A stretch of 63,125 nucleotides of DNA, the filler included, from Octopus bimaculoides (lineage: Eukaryota), in the NCBI RefSeq assembly GCF_001194135.2. It is 6 parts of 6 records of this genome, joined end to end, with 100 filler letters (N's around TTAATTAATTAA, not from the genome) between each part and the next. Parts side by side here need not be neighbours in the genome. Positions count along the whole stretch, not along the records: positions 20,893 to 51,153 come from NC_068985.1; 5 more parts are not named here. One strand, given 5' to 3'. The notes under the pieces are model-generated. The model did no database searches, was not told where the DNA came from, and saw only the letters and a program-made list of their open reading frames with translations. The translations under genes were made by a program, and so were the position numbers. Shown here piece by piece: positions 26,697 through 39,869 of this stretch; the first letter of the stretch is position 1; each line of letters opens with the position of its first letter.

Positions 26697-26895
26697 AGGC
26701 GGCGAGCTGGCAGAATCGTTAGCACCCCGAGCAAAATGCTTAGCGGCATTTCATCCGCCTTTACGTTCTGATTTCAGATTCCGCCGAGGTCCACTTGAGT
26801 TGATGAAATAAGTACCAGTTGAACACAGGGTTCTATGTAATCGACTTGCCCCACTCCCTTGAAATTGCTGGCCTAGTGCCAAAATTTGAAACCAA
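26697..26895 (+). mobile_element. SINE family A
   Basis: aaggcggcgagctggcagaatcgttagcacc...gtgccaaaatttgaaacc. Confidence 0.9.
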
Positions 26896-26939
26896 TATTA
26901 ATTTGTAGTCATTTAAATGAAGTTGGTGAAATTTCCGTC

Positions 26940-27600
26940 TTTTCGAATTTGATGTAGACTTTCTCACGCTGGGTAACACTCTAGACATATATTTTTATCT
27001 ACATATGTACATCATTCACATCCAGAATACTTTAAATGTAGGTTTATACTCCGTCTCAATTAATTTCATGAGTTGTTTGAAAGACTAGTCTCTGATAATC
27101 TCTTATATGGATCACTTTTTGAGACACAATGTTGTTTCCAGGGAATAACGCTTACTACCACATTATCAGAACTGTAATTTAATTTCACTGGGTGGTTTAG
27201 TGCATTGTCTGAAATTAACAATATCGTTGTTTGAAATATCATGTATGTGCCATTATAAAGCACGGCGAAACATGTTTGTTAAATAATCCATGCTTTCTTA
27301 GCTGAACGGCAAATTAGACGTGCATTTTCCTTACAGATGAAACTTCAGCCGAGTGTGGGAAATTTTAAGTCCTGGTATTGATATTCCTGAGAAATAAAAT
27401 TACTAATATGCAAACGCTTCTAGAAAATTGTAGTTTCAAGAACACTGGATACTTGAATTGGGGTGCAGCGCCCATTAGCACTCATGCCTTTCAGCTCCTC
27501 TGAATAACATTAGCAGCCTTTGTATTGACACTGGCAGCTTCAATAGTTGTTTTTATATTGTTGAAATTGAAACACTTCTCAGACCGTTCTAACCAGATTT
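26940..27600 (-). pseudogene. Tigger/pogo-like DDE transposase remnant
   Basis: FNNIKTTIEAASVNTKAA; RSAKKAWI; ILLISDNALNHPVKLNYSSDNVVV match Tigger motifs (GEAASAD, NKKAWM, ILLILDNA..HP). Confidence 0.7.
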
Positions 27601-28615
27601 TACTATGCAGACAAATTTATTCCTTGTAAATTTCAATTCACTTTCCGTCGTCTTGCGTACATTTTCTTTTTAAAGAATTTCTGTTGTGGTTATTGTCACA
27701 CTATGTCGAATTTGATCCTCGATCCACACATCTAGAGTCCGTCCCGTTTTAAGCACCGAGTCAGAAAAAAGAAAGGCACAGATTAACTTCTTGAGCACTT
27801 GACTTAACTTTCTGTCTATTGTCATATGTAGTACCTACCACACAGCTTCAGTCTTTTGGGGATGTGTTCGCTTGTTTCCTCTATATTCAGGCCTTCATAA
27901 ATACATACATACATACATACATACATGCATACATAAATGCATGGGGCTGCTGAGAGGAAGGACACACTGCTGCTAAAACCTATGACACACACACAAGGAT
28001 AAACGCACATGCACACACACGCATACACACACACAAACACACACACAACGATAGAAACGCTTGCACACTTAAGGATACACATCTGAGAAGAATAGAATGG
28101 AGTAAGTGGAGCAAAAACACACACAAAAACAAAAAGTGTGGCTGAAGAGGTCACAGATATGCGACAAAAGATTTCCGGACAATGGATATGAGTTAAAATA
28201 ATAAAATAAGAACAATAATAAACGAGTGAAAAAAAATATATTAATAGTGTGTGTGTTTATTCGGCAAAAAAAATGAATGACCATGCCGTAATACAATATC
28301 GGTTTCAACACACGATTTCACATCAGGAATCATGCAGACAACGCAGTCCAGCTAACTAAAGATATCTGCATCTGGTAATACAGATGTGTACATTTTATAA
28401 AGATGGTTTGTATAGTATTTCCGAAGTACTGATTCCAAGTTAGGTGAAAAGAATATAAATAAGTAACAAATGCTCCTGTACATCGTTGTTTCTTACACAC
28501 ATATATATATANNNNNNNNNNNNNNNNNNNNNNNNNNNNNNNNNNNNNNNNNNNNNNNNNNNNNNNNNNNNNNNNNNNNNNNNNNNNNNNNNNNNNNNNN
28601 NNNNNNNNNNNNNNN

Positions 28616-29098
28616 NATTCACATAAGTATAAATGATTATATACATTCATCTCAGTATTTTTGTAGAAACACAAGATTAACCCCATTTATGATCCCTTTT
28701 TATTACATAACATTCCGCTCCAATTTTTTATCAGATTTATATCATCCTATCTCCTCCCAACTCTACACTCTGAATTTTCTTTCTTTTTTTTCTTTTTTCT
28801 TTTCTTCTTTTTTTCTTCCCTTCTTGTCCAACGTACAATCTGGTAGCGTCCTAATCTCCAACGGTTTTTTCAAATATATTACGTTATAACCTTCTCGAAC
28901 TATAGTTCTCATATTTGGTTGTAATGTCTTACGTTTAAACTTACGTTTAAACTTACGTTTAAACTTCGCTGAGGAGAAGTTAACATTTTTAACATCGCCG
29001 ATTCCTATGGACCGCATAAATTGTAATTCTTCGAAACATATGTCGGAATAAATGTATGCAGTTATAATATGCGTTTACTCCATTCTTTAAATTTATAT
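28616..29098 (+). mobile_element. PLE 3'/pLTR-like segment with HHR, ending at (TA)n
   Basis: Motif at 28965-29048: TTCG|CTGAGGA|GAAG...CTTC|GAAA-CATATG-TC|GGAA; preceded by (TTACGTTTAAAC)3. Confidence 0.65.
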
Positions 29099-29649
29099 AT
29101 ATATATATNNNNNNNNNNNNNNNNNNNNNNNNNNNNNNNNNNNNNNNNNNNNNNNNNNNNNNNNNNNNNNNNNNNNNNNNNNNNNNNNNNNNNNNNNNNN
29201 NNNNNNNNNNNNNNNNNNNNNNNNNNNNNNNNNNNNNNNNNNNNNNNNNNNNNNNNNNNNNNNNNNNNNNNNNNNNNNNNNNNNNNNNNNNNNNNNNNNN
29301 NNNNNNNNNNNNNNNNNNNNNNNNNNNNNNNNNNNNNNNNNNNNNNNNNNNNNNNNNNNNNNNNNNNNNNNNNNNNNNNNNNNNNNNNNNNNNNNNNNNN
29401 NNNNNNNNNNNNNNNNNNNNNNNNNNNNNNNNNNNNNNNNNNNNNNNNNNNNNNNNNNNNNNNNNNNNNNNNNNNNNNNNNNNNNNNNNNNNNNNNNNNN
29501 NNNNNNNNNNNNNNNNNNNNNNNNNNNNNNNNNNNNNNNNNNNNNNNNNNNNNNNNNNNNNNNNNNNNNNNNNNNNNNNNNNNNNNNNNNNNNNNNNNNN
29601 NNNNNNNNNNNNNNNNNNNNNATATATATAATATTCGATTTTAAATAGA

Positions 29650-31060
29650 AACCTAGTCCATTCTACGGATTTGTAAAGCTTGCAAAGTTTCTCCAAACCT
29701 ATGCATTAATGTTTCTCTCTCTCTACTGACCTCAAACTGAGACCCATCATTGCTGGCCCTGCTTGTGAAACCCACCTTTTGAGCAATACACCAATATCCC
29801 ACACGACTATGATATAGAAGCGATCACCTTCTGGCTAGAAAAATACCCACAAGACATCCCAGAACGCATCAACCACATATCCATAATCGCAGCACTCAAA
29901 TTCATTCTACTGAACAACTATTTCATGTTTGATACAGTTTACTATCGACAAAAATGTGGAATTGCAATAGGAACCTGAGCTGCTCCTGTGATTGCGAACC
30001 TTGTAATGGGGTACCTAGAGCTTAAAATATATGAATCATCAATATGGTACCTCTTTTCATTGCTATTTAAAGGAGAACTGGAATAGGTATCTGGACGATT
30101 GGAAAGACAGCATGGACAAACTCCTCGTACAATTCACCATGGAATACAACAGTAAACAACTCCCTTTTCTAGACATCCTAATTAAAATACTCAATAACCA
30201 CATCGAAACAGACATCTTCTATAAACCCACATATTCTAAGCAATACCTATTATTCAACTCATGCCACGCCCAAACACATAAAACTTAATATACCTTATAA
30301 TCTAGCGAAAAAAAATCTGTACTATAGTTTCGGACTCCTATACTCGTGAACGAAGACGCATTGAACTGAGATCAATACCAATCAAAAGACATTACCCAAT
30401 ATCTTTAATAAATGATGGAATTAAGCGAGCTAAGGAAATAGACATACGAACATTAAGCGAGGTCAACCGAAATACTAACCAGACTTAAAAGTACTCCCAC
30501 ACATCTCCACATATAACCCTAGAAACAATGAAGCCTTTAACGTTAACATCCAAAATCTACTCATCCTCACAAGGGATAAACCAATGAACAACATTTTAGA
30601 CACACAAAATTACCACAAGTAGAATGTAACCTAAATCACCGAAAAAAATATTAACCAGCGCAAGACTGTATCTATTAACAACAGAACCAAAAGTGAAAAT
30701 ATGTGGTAGACCTAACTGTGTTACCTGCCCCCACTTTTTGGAGGGTTCAGAGTTCCATTTTAAACAAGGTGAAATATTTAAGATTAAATCAAATTTCACC
30801 TGTGCCTCGGAAAATCTAATCTATGACATTACATGCTTAGGATTTGGTAATAATTATATTAGCCAAACAGGAATATCACTGCGTAGAAGAAGCGCTCTCC
30901 ACAAAGAGCAAATCAGCCACCCACATTACAGACAGATACAAGTTAGTGGACACATAGAAAGGTGTGCGAGGAATCTTAATCCTAATTTCCTAATTTTTCC
31001 CTTCTATAAAATGTCCTCAGAACACCTCAATACAACAAAAAATGAATAAAGAGGCAGCTT
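29650..31060 (+). pseudogene. Penelope-like element RT plus GIY-YIG endonuclease (Neptune-like Cys linker), degenerate
   Basis: LKLRPIIAGPACET; FILLNNYFMFDTVYYRQKCGIAIGT*AAPVIANLVMGYLE; DIFYKPT; CGRPNCVTCPH; NLIYDITCLGFGNNYISQTG...HKEQI. Confidence 0.9.
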
Positions 31061-31498
31061 TCATCAATAAATATCTTCTACAACTAAATATGAACACATA
31101 ACATAATATAGAATACTACTAACCTTCCATTTAATACCACTAACCCCCATACACCCCATACACCATTCACATTACGGACCTAGATTTAACCTAATTGCAC
31201 CAAATCCAAAACAACTTACCTCCCTTACACATAATTTTTTACTCAGGGACTAGTAGACCTGACACCATTTAGTATTCGGTGTGCAGTCAAAGCAATGATT
31301 AGTAATATTACGAAGCCGGTATGCTTTTCAATCTCTTTAATGACTGTTATTACTTTTATTCCTACTTCAGTTCATCTAATTGTATATATCTATCGTTACT
31401 TTTCATAAAAAGCCTTTACTTTTTTTTAATTTCCANNNNNNNNNNNNNNNNNNNNNNNNNNNNNNNNNNNNNNNGTGTGTGTGTGTGTGTGTATGTGT

Positions 31499-31540
<42 letters not shown>

Positions 31541-33019
31541 ATATATATATATATATATATAGTTTCCTTATCTCAGCCTATTGGTATAATGTAGCCAGTC
31601 TGAATTATCTGAAATAGCCTCACGTCATCTTAATTAAAGTACTAAAATTTCTATTTGTATTTAGTGCATGTTAGGATATTTATCGCTACGCACACACACA
31701 CAACTATATAGATAGACATTCATATCCGTATACATATCTATCTGTCTGCCTGTTTGTCTATCTGTCTAGTGAAAGAAGAAATAATATCATGAAACTAGTT
31801 AATATCCCACTAAATATCTTTATATCGGGAATTAACAATTTAGAAAATAATATAAAGAATTTCAGAAAAAAAAAAATGATTGAAAGAAAGAGAGGAATGG
31901 AAGCTGATAGAAGGAAATTTACTGTAAGGGACTGAAATGGATAGAGAGAAAATTGAATGAATGAGAAATGTATGGGTGAGAGTAGAGAGAATTTATTTCT
32001 GTCTTGCAACAGTGAATTTTAAGTTCGTGCGTAAATTTTAATACCATACATACGTTTTAATATCAATAACTTAATAATCAATATCTTAATGCTGATGTGC
32101 CCCGATGGAATAATGCAGTATTATGTGATTCTGAATGAAATTAATTCCTAAAATTAGTTATTTTAGGAGAGAATTATATAGCTCTTTTATTGAGATTTTC
32201 CATAAATACGTGATATATCAAATTACACTACTATGGGAATTGTCGCTGTGTAATGGTATCAAATATTGCAGATGTAGACGTATTTGCTTTTGCAGTACCG
32301 ACACGAACTCAGATTGATACACGTTGTCAAATGTTGTCTGTTGTACATTTTACTCTACAGAGTACATAACCTGGATCTAACTGGCAAATAGCTTTTACAC
32401 GAGAAAAATAAAACTAAGTGAAATCTCAGACATAATTTAGCACTACTATCACTGCGTTATAAAGATTTATGCTCCTTTAATGTAATTTCTAGGAGTCCTT
32501 GATTCAACAAACAGTTTTAGCCAACTGTGAAACCTACAGAGGCGCCTGGTGCAAGGCAGCATGTCACTAAATCAATGCTGCAATTGACAGTAAATGATTA
32601 ATGTAAAGCAATGTGACGACTGGTATGACATTAATAACTGTATTTCTTACAAGAAGCAGAAAATAAAAGTTGCGATGTAGAAGCTTAATGCACGGTGACA
32701 GAGGCAACAGTTAATAGTTTTCACAAGGTCAATTAAAAGTTTGACCTTATGTTATTGACAAGCAGGAAATGTATATTCAAGTGAACCTGCTTGTTTACAC
32801 ATTTTACCACTCAACAACTATGTAAATATTTGACAGATTTCTGGAGAGAGCGAAATAGAGAACGTATGTGAGAATGAGAGAATGACTATGTGCGGTGCGA
32901 TATTGTGCTGGCTCTATTTTGTATAATATCCTCCTTCTTTCAAAGCTATTAATCAGTTATTCAAATGAATCCGTTACTTGAATGTTTGTAGACAAAATAT
33001 TTTGCTGTTACATATGTGT

Positions 33020-33066
<47 letters not shown>

Positions 33067-33339
33067 CATACATACATACATACATACATACATACATTTA
33101 TACATGTCCCAAAAATAGTATACACAACTTAAATACTTGTAAAGTAGGTGCTTTTTAAAATACATTTCATTTTCAAGATTTTATACTATCTGCACACATT
33201 ATTCCATTGTTTTGTCAACGCTTGTTTTCAAACTGACGTCCGTTAAATTTGTGGCATGTTTCGGGCTAGATTATATTCTTTATAAAAATCTAGGTTTTAT
33301 ATAGGTTGATAATTTCGTAGTTATGCATGTCCATATAGT

Positions 33340-33460
33340 TGACTGAAAAATGATGAGCAAACCCGGGCCAGAATCGAAACTAATCGGAAGGGCAAGGACC
33401 CGTGTAAGCGTTGATTTTGGGTTCGATTCTGTCTTGGGTTAACCCATCGTTTTTCAGTCA
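33340..33460. repeat. Imperfect inverted repeat (~50-bp arms) with a partial second copy at ~33625-33720
   Basis: tgactgaaaaatgatgagcaaacccg... versus ...gggttaacccatcgtttttcagtca. Confidence 0.6.
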
Positions 33461-33778
33461 CTTGTTTATATATAGATGTCACTTTAAATCGGAGTATATA
33501 TATTATTATTATGATATATTATTATATATTTACTATTATTCTACAAATAGACTACCACAGTCGCTCTATTTCCGTAACTTACAAAGCCCTCCGCATTGGA
33601 AAGTTAAAATATACATTCATAAAACTGACTGAAATTGAATGTGAAGGAGCCGAGTAAGCGTTGATTTGTGGGTTAGCTCATCATTGTTCTATCAATTGTT
33701 TATATATAAATGTCGTTTTAAATCGAATTATATATATTTTTATTATGATATATCATTATATAGTTATTATGTTTGTAT

Positions 33779-33844
<66 letters not shown>

Positions 33845-33845
<1 letters not shown>

Positions 33846-34023
33846 TCGCTAGCCACTGAACCTTTTTTATTTTCTCTCCCTGTTTATTTCTGTGTTCCTT
33901 TCTGTCGAATAGCGTAGGCTCGAAACGTAAAAGACTTTCTCACTTCCCAAGCGTTAAACTAATACATCTGCTTGTTGTTTACATACCCGTCTTCGTCGTT
34001 TTTTTTTTTTTGTAAATTCTCAC
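33845..34023 (+). mobile_element. Short PLE-pLTR-like element with an HHR-like motif, between (TA)n tracts
   Basis: Motif at 33898-33933: CTTT|CTGTCGA|A|TAGC-GTAG-GCTC|GAAAC-GTA|AAAG; same family as 12563-12740. Confidence 0.7.
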
Positions 34024-34139
34024 TATATATATATATATATATATATATGTTTACATGTAGGATATATAGGAAGAACAAACATGTAGTGATATGTGTATAT
34101 ACATGTAAATATACATGTGCATAATGCAGATATATATCT

Positions 34140-34360
34140 CTATGTATCTATGTGTGTTTCTTTCTGTTTTATTTGTCTCCTCACAACCGGGTGACAACAG
34201 GTGTTGACTTGTTCATATCTCCGTAACTTAAGCGTTAGACAAAAGAGAACGACAGTATATGTGACAGACTTAAAACTAATACATATTAGGTTCGATATAT
34301 TCCACTAAAGTAGTAATGGTCTTTCCCGAGTATCACCGTAGCCCAATGAATGACACAAAG
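34140..34360 (+). mobile_element. SINE family B 3' half, degenerate
   Basis: tttatttgtctcctcac...ccgtaacttaagcg...aaagagaacgac. Confidence 0.55.
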
Positions 34361-36082
34361 AAAACATAAATGACAGAACTATAAAACAAGTAATTATTGT
34401 TTTATTGTTTAACACATAATACAAATTGTTGGTATATACTCAAATATTCATAATTCTTTTCTGCTGTAGTAGAAATATTAGCCTAGCGTATCTATAAGCC
34501 AAGTGCAGCCTAGTGTTTCTGCTGCTATTTTATATAACTTCGCATCATTTACAAGTTAATTTCGTTTTGTTATAACAAAAGAAGTGTTGATCAGCACAAA
34601 ATACTGTATACCACAAAGTTCTGTCACTAGATTTTTTTTCTAAATTTAAGATTGTTTTGACATGGCTTACGACTTGTGATTATTTAGACGTTAGTTAATT
34701 CATATTATGTAGCCCACATATTCACACATATCAATTCTCAGTTTGGTGTAGATGTCATTTTTTATACATCTGATGTTAGTTTCTTGTTTTGTCAGCTGTG
34801 CTTGGTATGTGCGAAGCAAATTTGTATTTTCTTTTTTTTTTGTATTCATTCACTTGTGTGATTAGTTTTTTTAATGTTTAACTGTAGAAAAGTATCTAGA
34901 ATATATTCTGTATTTACACGGATCGAATGTAGTTTTGTCGATGATAACTTGGCGATTATTGGTGCAATTTACACAAGCTGGATGTTAATACTTTTAAATA
35001 AAATAAAGCCAGATGTTATTCTGAGCTTTACCTGTCCTCTTTTCCTGCAAATATCTTCCACATTTTCTCACTGTAATCCATGCATAGCAATATAAGTTGA
35101 TATACCATCAGTAATGTCTCACAACCTAGTGATTGTTTCATCTGGATGCAAAACAAGTACTCATCATTCTGATGATTATCAGAATATTGGGAGGAAAACC
35201 GATCAGCTGAGGTTTATTGGAAATATAATTCAGTGAATACATTTGGATGCAATTTTAGGCATTGATGCTTTGGTTTCGTAAACAACTAGCATGTCAAACA
35301 TATTCTATCATGTTATATATGCGGCGATAAATGGTTTGCTGGTGAGAGAAAAAAATTATGTTTACTTTGTTTCACTGTCGCTGCACGTGCTTCACCTACG
35401 TACCTAGTTGCTGTGCTATGAGATATGGAACGACCTAATGACCCAGGCAGCTCAACCGCTGGGTTTTGAAATGTTATCCCAAAGTCCAAAATCTGTACCA
35501 TGTTATAAGATTCTATGCATTGTGCTCGTTAACAAAATGCTCGTATATAGCTGTGCTGTTTCAGTGTGATATTAATATTTGATAAGATTTGGCGTTACAT
35601 ATACACAGGCAAACAGATTCATACACACAGGTATGCACACACAATGTAGATGCACACATCTTTATTTCCCTTTGAAACATCGATTGGATTATGCGACAAT
35701 TAAACTTACATGCAGCTTCACACATACTTTGATTTTGACTTTATTTGTCTTTTATTTACTCATTATATACTGCATATGTATCTGAGAAAAATATGTCTCA
35801 CGCAAAGACTATACAAATATTCTAACAAATATTATATCGAATCATTAAAAAAAATTAAACCATAACACATTTTCACGAAATTACAATGGGGTACTATGGA
35901 AATGGAAAAAAGAACAGATTTCCGTTGTTTCTAATAATACAGTCTCTGTGCCGTAAAGATAGTATCCTCCTCGTTGGATTTTTATTGATGCCATTAAAGA
36001 CAAATTGAAATCTCTATGTAATGTGCTGCTTGAGGTGTCAAACTTGAATATAATCGTATTATATGGTATCTAAACTTACTCT

Positions 36083-36159
<77 letters not shown>

Positions 36160-37074
36160 NNNNNNNNNNNNNNNNNNNNNNNNNNNNNNNNNNNNNNNNN
36201 NNNNNNNNNNNNNNNNNNNNNNNNNNNNNNNNNNNNNNNNNNNNNNNNNNNNNNNNNNNNNNNNNNNNNNNNNNNNNNNNNNNNNNNNNNNNNNNNNNNN
36301 NNNNNNNNNNNNNNNNNNNNNNNNNNNNNNNNNNNNNNNNNNNNNNNNNNNNNNNNNNNNNNNNNNNNNNNNNNNNNNNNNNNNNNNNNNNNNNNNNNNN
36401 NNNNNNNNNNNNNNNNNNNNNNNNNNNNNNNNNNNNNNNNNNNNNNNNNNNNNNNNNNNNNNNNNNNNNNNNNNNNNNNNNNNNNNNNNNNNNNNNNNNN
36501 NNNNNNNNNNNNNNNNNNNNNNNNNNNNNNNNNNNNNNNNNNNNNNNNNNNNNNNNNNNNNNNNNNNNNNNNNNNNNNNNNNNNNNNNNNNNNNNNNNNN
36601 NNNNNNNNNNNNNNNNNNNNNNNNNNNNNNNNNNNNNNNNNNNNNNNNNNNNNNNNNNNNNNNNNNNNNNNNNNNNNNNNNNNNNNNNNNNNNNNNNNNN
36701 NNNNNNNNNNNNNNNNNNNNNNNNNNNNNNNNNNNNNNNNNNNNNNNNNNNNNNNNNNNNNNNNNNNNNNNNNNNNNNNNNNNNNNNNNNNNNNNNNNNN
36801 NNNNNNNNNNNNNNNNNNNNNNNNNNNNNNNNNNNNNNNNNNNNNNNNNNNNNNNNNNNNNNNNNNNNNNNNNNNNNNNNNNNNNNNNNNNNNNNNNNNN
36901 NNNNNNNNNNNNNNNNNNNNNNNNNNNNNNNNNNNNNNNNNNNNNNNNNNNNNNNNNNNNNNNNNNNNNNNNNNNNNNNNNNNNNNNNNNNNNNNNNNNN
37001 NNNNNNNNNNNNNNNNNNNNNNNNNNNNNNNNNNNNNNNNNNNNNNNGTATTATCCATACAATGTCAAAATAAG

Positions 37075-37427
37075 CTGATTAAAACGAAAATAAGCAACAA
37101 GAATATCCAGAGGTAATGCAGTACGATCGTTTCACGCAATTCCATTTAATTGAAAAATGCAACCATGGCATCAATTTCAATGCAGAGTAATCCTCAGCTG
37201 CACAAAGACATAGAATTAAATGAAATTAAAACAGACGGACACATTAGTATATAATTTTATTTAAAATCTCCAAGAAGTTAAGGAGATAGACAAAGAACAT
37301 GCTGCCTTCACTTCCACTTAGAAGCTACTAAGGTCTCAGGAAGAAAGACTTGTTACAGATTTTGCTTGACTATACTAGTTTTACCAAATCTTTGTATATC
37401 TGAAGTGGAAAGAACAAGGTGCAGTGT
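37075..37427 (-). repeat. Left inverted repeat (pLTR-like) of the 37075-42232 unit
   Basis: Reverse complement of 41870-42232 with substitutions and short indels. Confidence 0.9.
37117..37202 (-). ncRNA. Type I hammerhead ribozyme motif with long stem II and palindromic stem III
   Basis: TGCAG|CTGAGGA|long stem II|GAAAC-GATC-GTA|CTGCA; 5-bp stem I and ACGATCGT palindrome. Confidence 0.75.
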
Positions 37428-37619
37428 CCGTTAGGGAAGGGCTGAGGGATCGACAGAAATCATAGTGGGTATAGTCATTAAAAAAATCAAGATTTATTAG
37501 AAGCAATATCATGTGATTTGGTAAATGAAAACTTAAATCAAGATGTTAGCTGACAATTAAGTGGGCCGGCCACTAACAGACCATTGATAATGAAACAGGG
37601 GTAATCTTATCATGTAGTA

Positions 37620-39830
37620 CTATAGTTAAATATTTGAAACAATATTGCTACATTCTATAAAGTTAAAGTTTAGGGTTATTCAGAGGATTATTAAGAAGAA
37701 TATTATAACAAAAGGATAAAAATGTTTTTGAATACCTTTGAGTAGATACCAAACTTTTGCCACAGTAGAGGGAGGGAATAAACTATCTAGAAAATAGTTT
37801 AATAATTATACATATTATATATTTAAATACTAACTCATCAGATGTTATGAATATTGAACAATTGGTATATACTGGTATTTAATAAAGAAGTACTGAGGTA
37901 AAAGAACATTCTAACTATATATCAATTAAATCATAATCTAAGCAGTTTATTCTAAGTAGTGAATAAACCAGTATTGTTTTATATAAGCTAAGTATGAATC
38001 TATAGAGGTACAAAAATTAGATTTATTTTATAAATAATGTCTATTATAAAATAATAAAGAAATAAAATAATCAAGTAGGGTAGAACACCATAGAAAAGGT
38101 ATAAAATAGCTTAATCACTTAAAACATGATAAAGTATATGTAGCTTATTAACAACAATAGAGGAGATTTATAGAAAATGTTTAATTCAAAATATATTAAA
38201 CTAAAAATTATGTATTTTACTTATTTAGCTAGTATCAATTAATACTGATACCTGGTATTAGCTAAAGGAATATCTATGTTATAGGACATTCTAATTTTAC
38301 ACTAATTTTTTAAAACTAAAGGTTATATCATAGATTTAAGAAGTTATTATTGTTACTTCATACATGATATTTATAGTTTCTTAGGGGTACTTAATTAGAA
38401 GGGCTACTTATATATAGGCCCTTATAAATACTAAGATCAGGTGGGTAGAGTTCTTTAACAAAGGGTTAAATCAAGTAACTTCTAAAGATCATTTCAAACA
38501 ATATTGCCATATTGTATAAAGTTAAACTTTAGGGTAGTCAAGAGGATTATTAAGAATGATATTATAACAAAAGGATAAAACTTCTTTGAATTCTTTTGAG
38601 TATATACCAAATTTTACCACAATAGTGGGAGGAAAAGAAAATTACATAGAAATAGTTTAATATTTATAATCATTATTTATCTAAATATTAACTTAATAGA
38701 TGGTATCTATGGAGATTGATCAATTGGATTTAACTGGTATTTAACTGAGGTTAAAGAACATGTTAACTATATACTAATTTAAATAAATTGAATTAGTTTA
38801 AGTTGTGGAGATACCGGTATTGTCTTATATAAGCTAAGTATGAATTAATAGGGGTACAAAGATTAGATTTATTAAAGGCTGCTATAAAATAATGAAATGA
38901 TCAGTTAGGGTAGAGCAGCATAGAAAAGGACTAAAGATAGCCTAATCACTAAAACCATAATGAAGTATATATACTTTATTAACTTCAATAGAGAAGATCT
39001 ATAGAAAATGTATAATAATTTAAGTATTATGAACTAAAAATTGTTTATTAACTTATTTTGCTTATTACAATCAAGATTGATACCTGGTATTGATTATAAT
39101 AATATTGTTGTTAAAAAGACATGCTAATTATATACCAATGTTATATTAAGTGGTATAGTATAGGTTTTAAAAGTTATTAGTGTTAAGCCGTACATGATAT
39201 TAAAGTTTCTTAGGGGTACTTAATTACAAGGGCTCCTTGTATCAAGGCCAATATAAATACTAAGATCAGGAGGATGGAACACTTTAAGAAAGGGATAAAA
39301 AACTTAATTACTAAAACTATCTTAAACAATACAGCCATATTGTATAAAATTAAAATTTTGGGCTATCAAGACGATTTAGTATTGATGTGAAAGAACAAAT
39401 TTACTGTAAATTAATCAAATTATAATTTAAGCAGTTTAATTTAAGTTGTGAACACACCCATATTGTTTTATATAAGCTAAGTATGGATTTATAGGGGTAC
39501 AAAAATTTAGGTTTATCTAAAGGCAATTATAAAGTATTAAAAAGTACCAAAATGATCAGGTAGGGTAGAACACCATAGAAAAGGATATAAAATAGCTTAA
39601 TCACTAAAAATCATGATGAAGTATATATAAGACTTAGTAACATCAAAAGAGGAGATTTATAGAAAATGTATAATAATTCAAGTATTTAAAACTAAAAATT
39701 GTTTATTTACTTATTTAGCTTGTATATATAATGACTGATACCATGTATTAACTAAAGGAATATTGATGCTGTAGGACATACTAACTATGCACTGATTTTA
39801 AACTAAGAGGTACATTATAGGTTTTAAATC
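37620..39830. repeat. ~2.7-copy tandem array, unit ~830-860 bp, very AT-rich and C-poor on the + strand
   Basis: Anchor aaacaata..gc at 37637, 38496 and 39324; atataagctaagtatg at 37981, 38827 and ~39470 (third unit has a ~190-bp deletion). Confidence 0.9.
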
Positions 39831-39869
39831 ACAAGATCAATAAAGTGCAACTTCCTGAGATATCTAAAT

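Noticed and set aside
34860-35200. Possible mariner-like transposase remnant (minus strand)
   Set aside because: Only vague helix-turn-helix-like similarity; no catalytic motif could be read.
37833-37845. CTGATGA on the minus strand inside the array
   Set aside because: No GAAA or stem II partner, and it is not conserved in the other units.
38100-38380. Array unit as a decayed GIY-YIG copy (NIMYEVTIIT...HRYSF...TS*ISKI on the minus strand)
   Set aside because: The resemblance is not preserved in the next unit and could be chance in AT-rich DNA; an HMM search on a unit consensus would be needed.
37240-39830. Coding sequence in an alternative genetic code (TAA/TAG=Gln, TGA=Trp), e.g. parasite DNA
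   Set aside because: Stop usage fits AT-rich composition, frames are not preserved between units, and no domain is recognisable.
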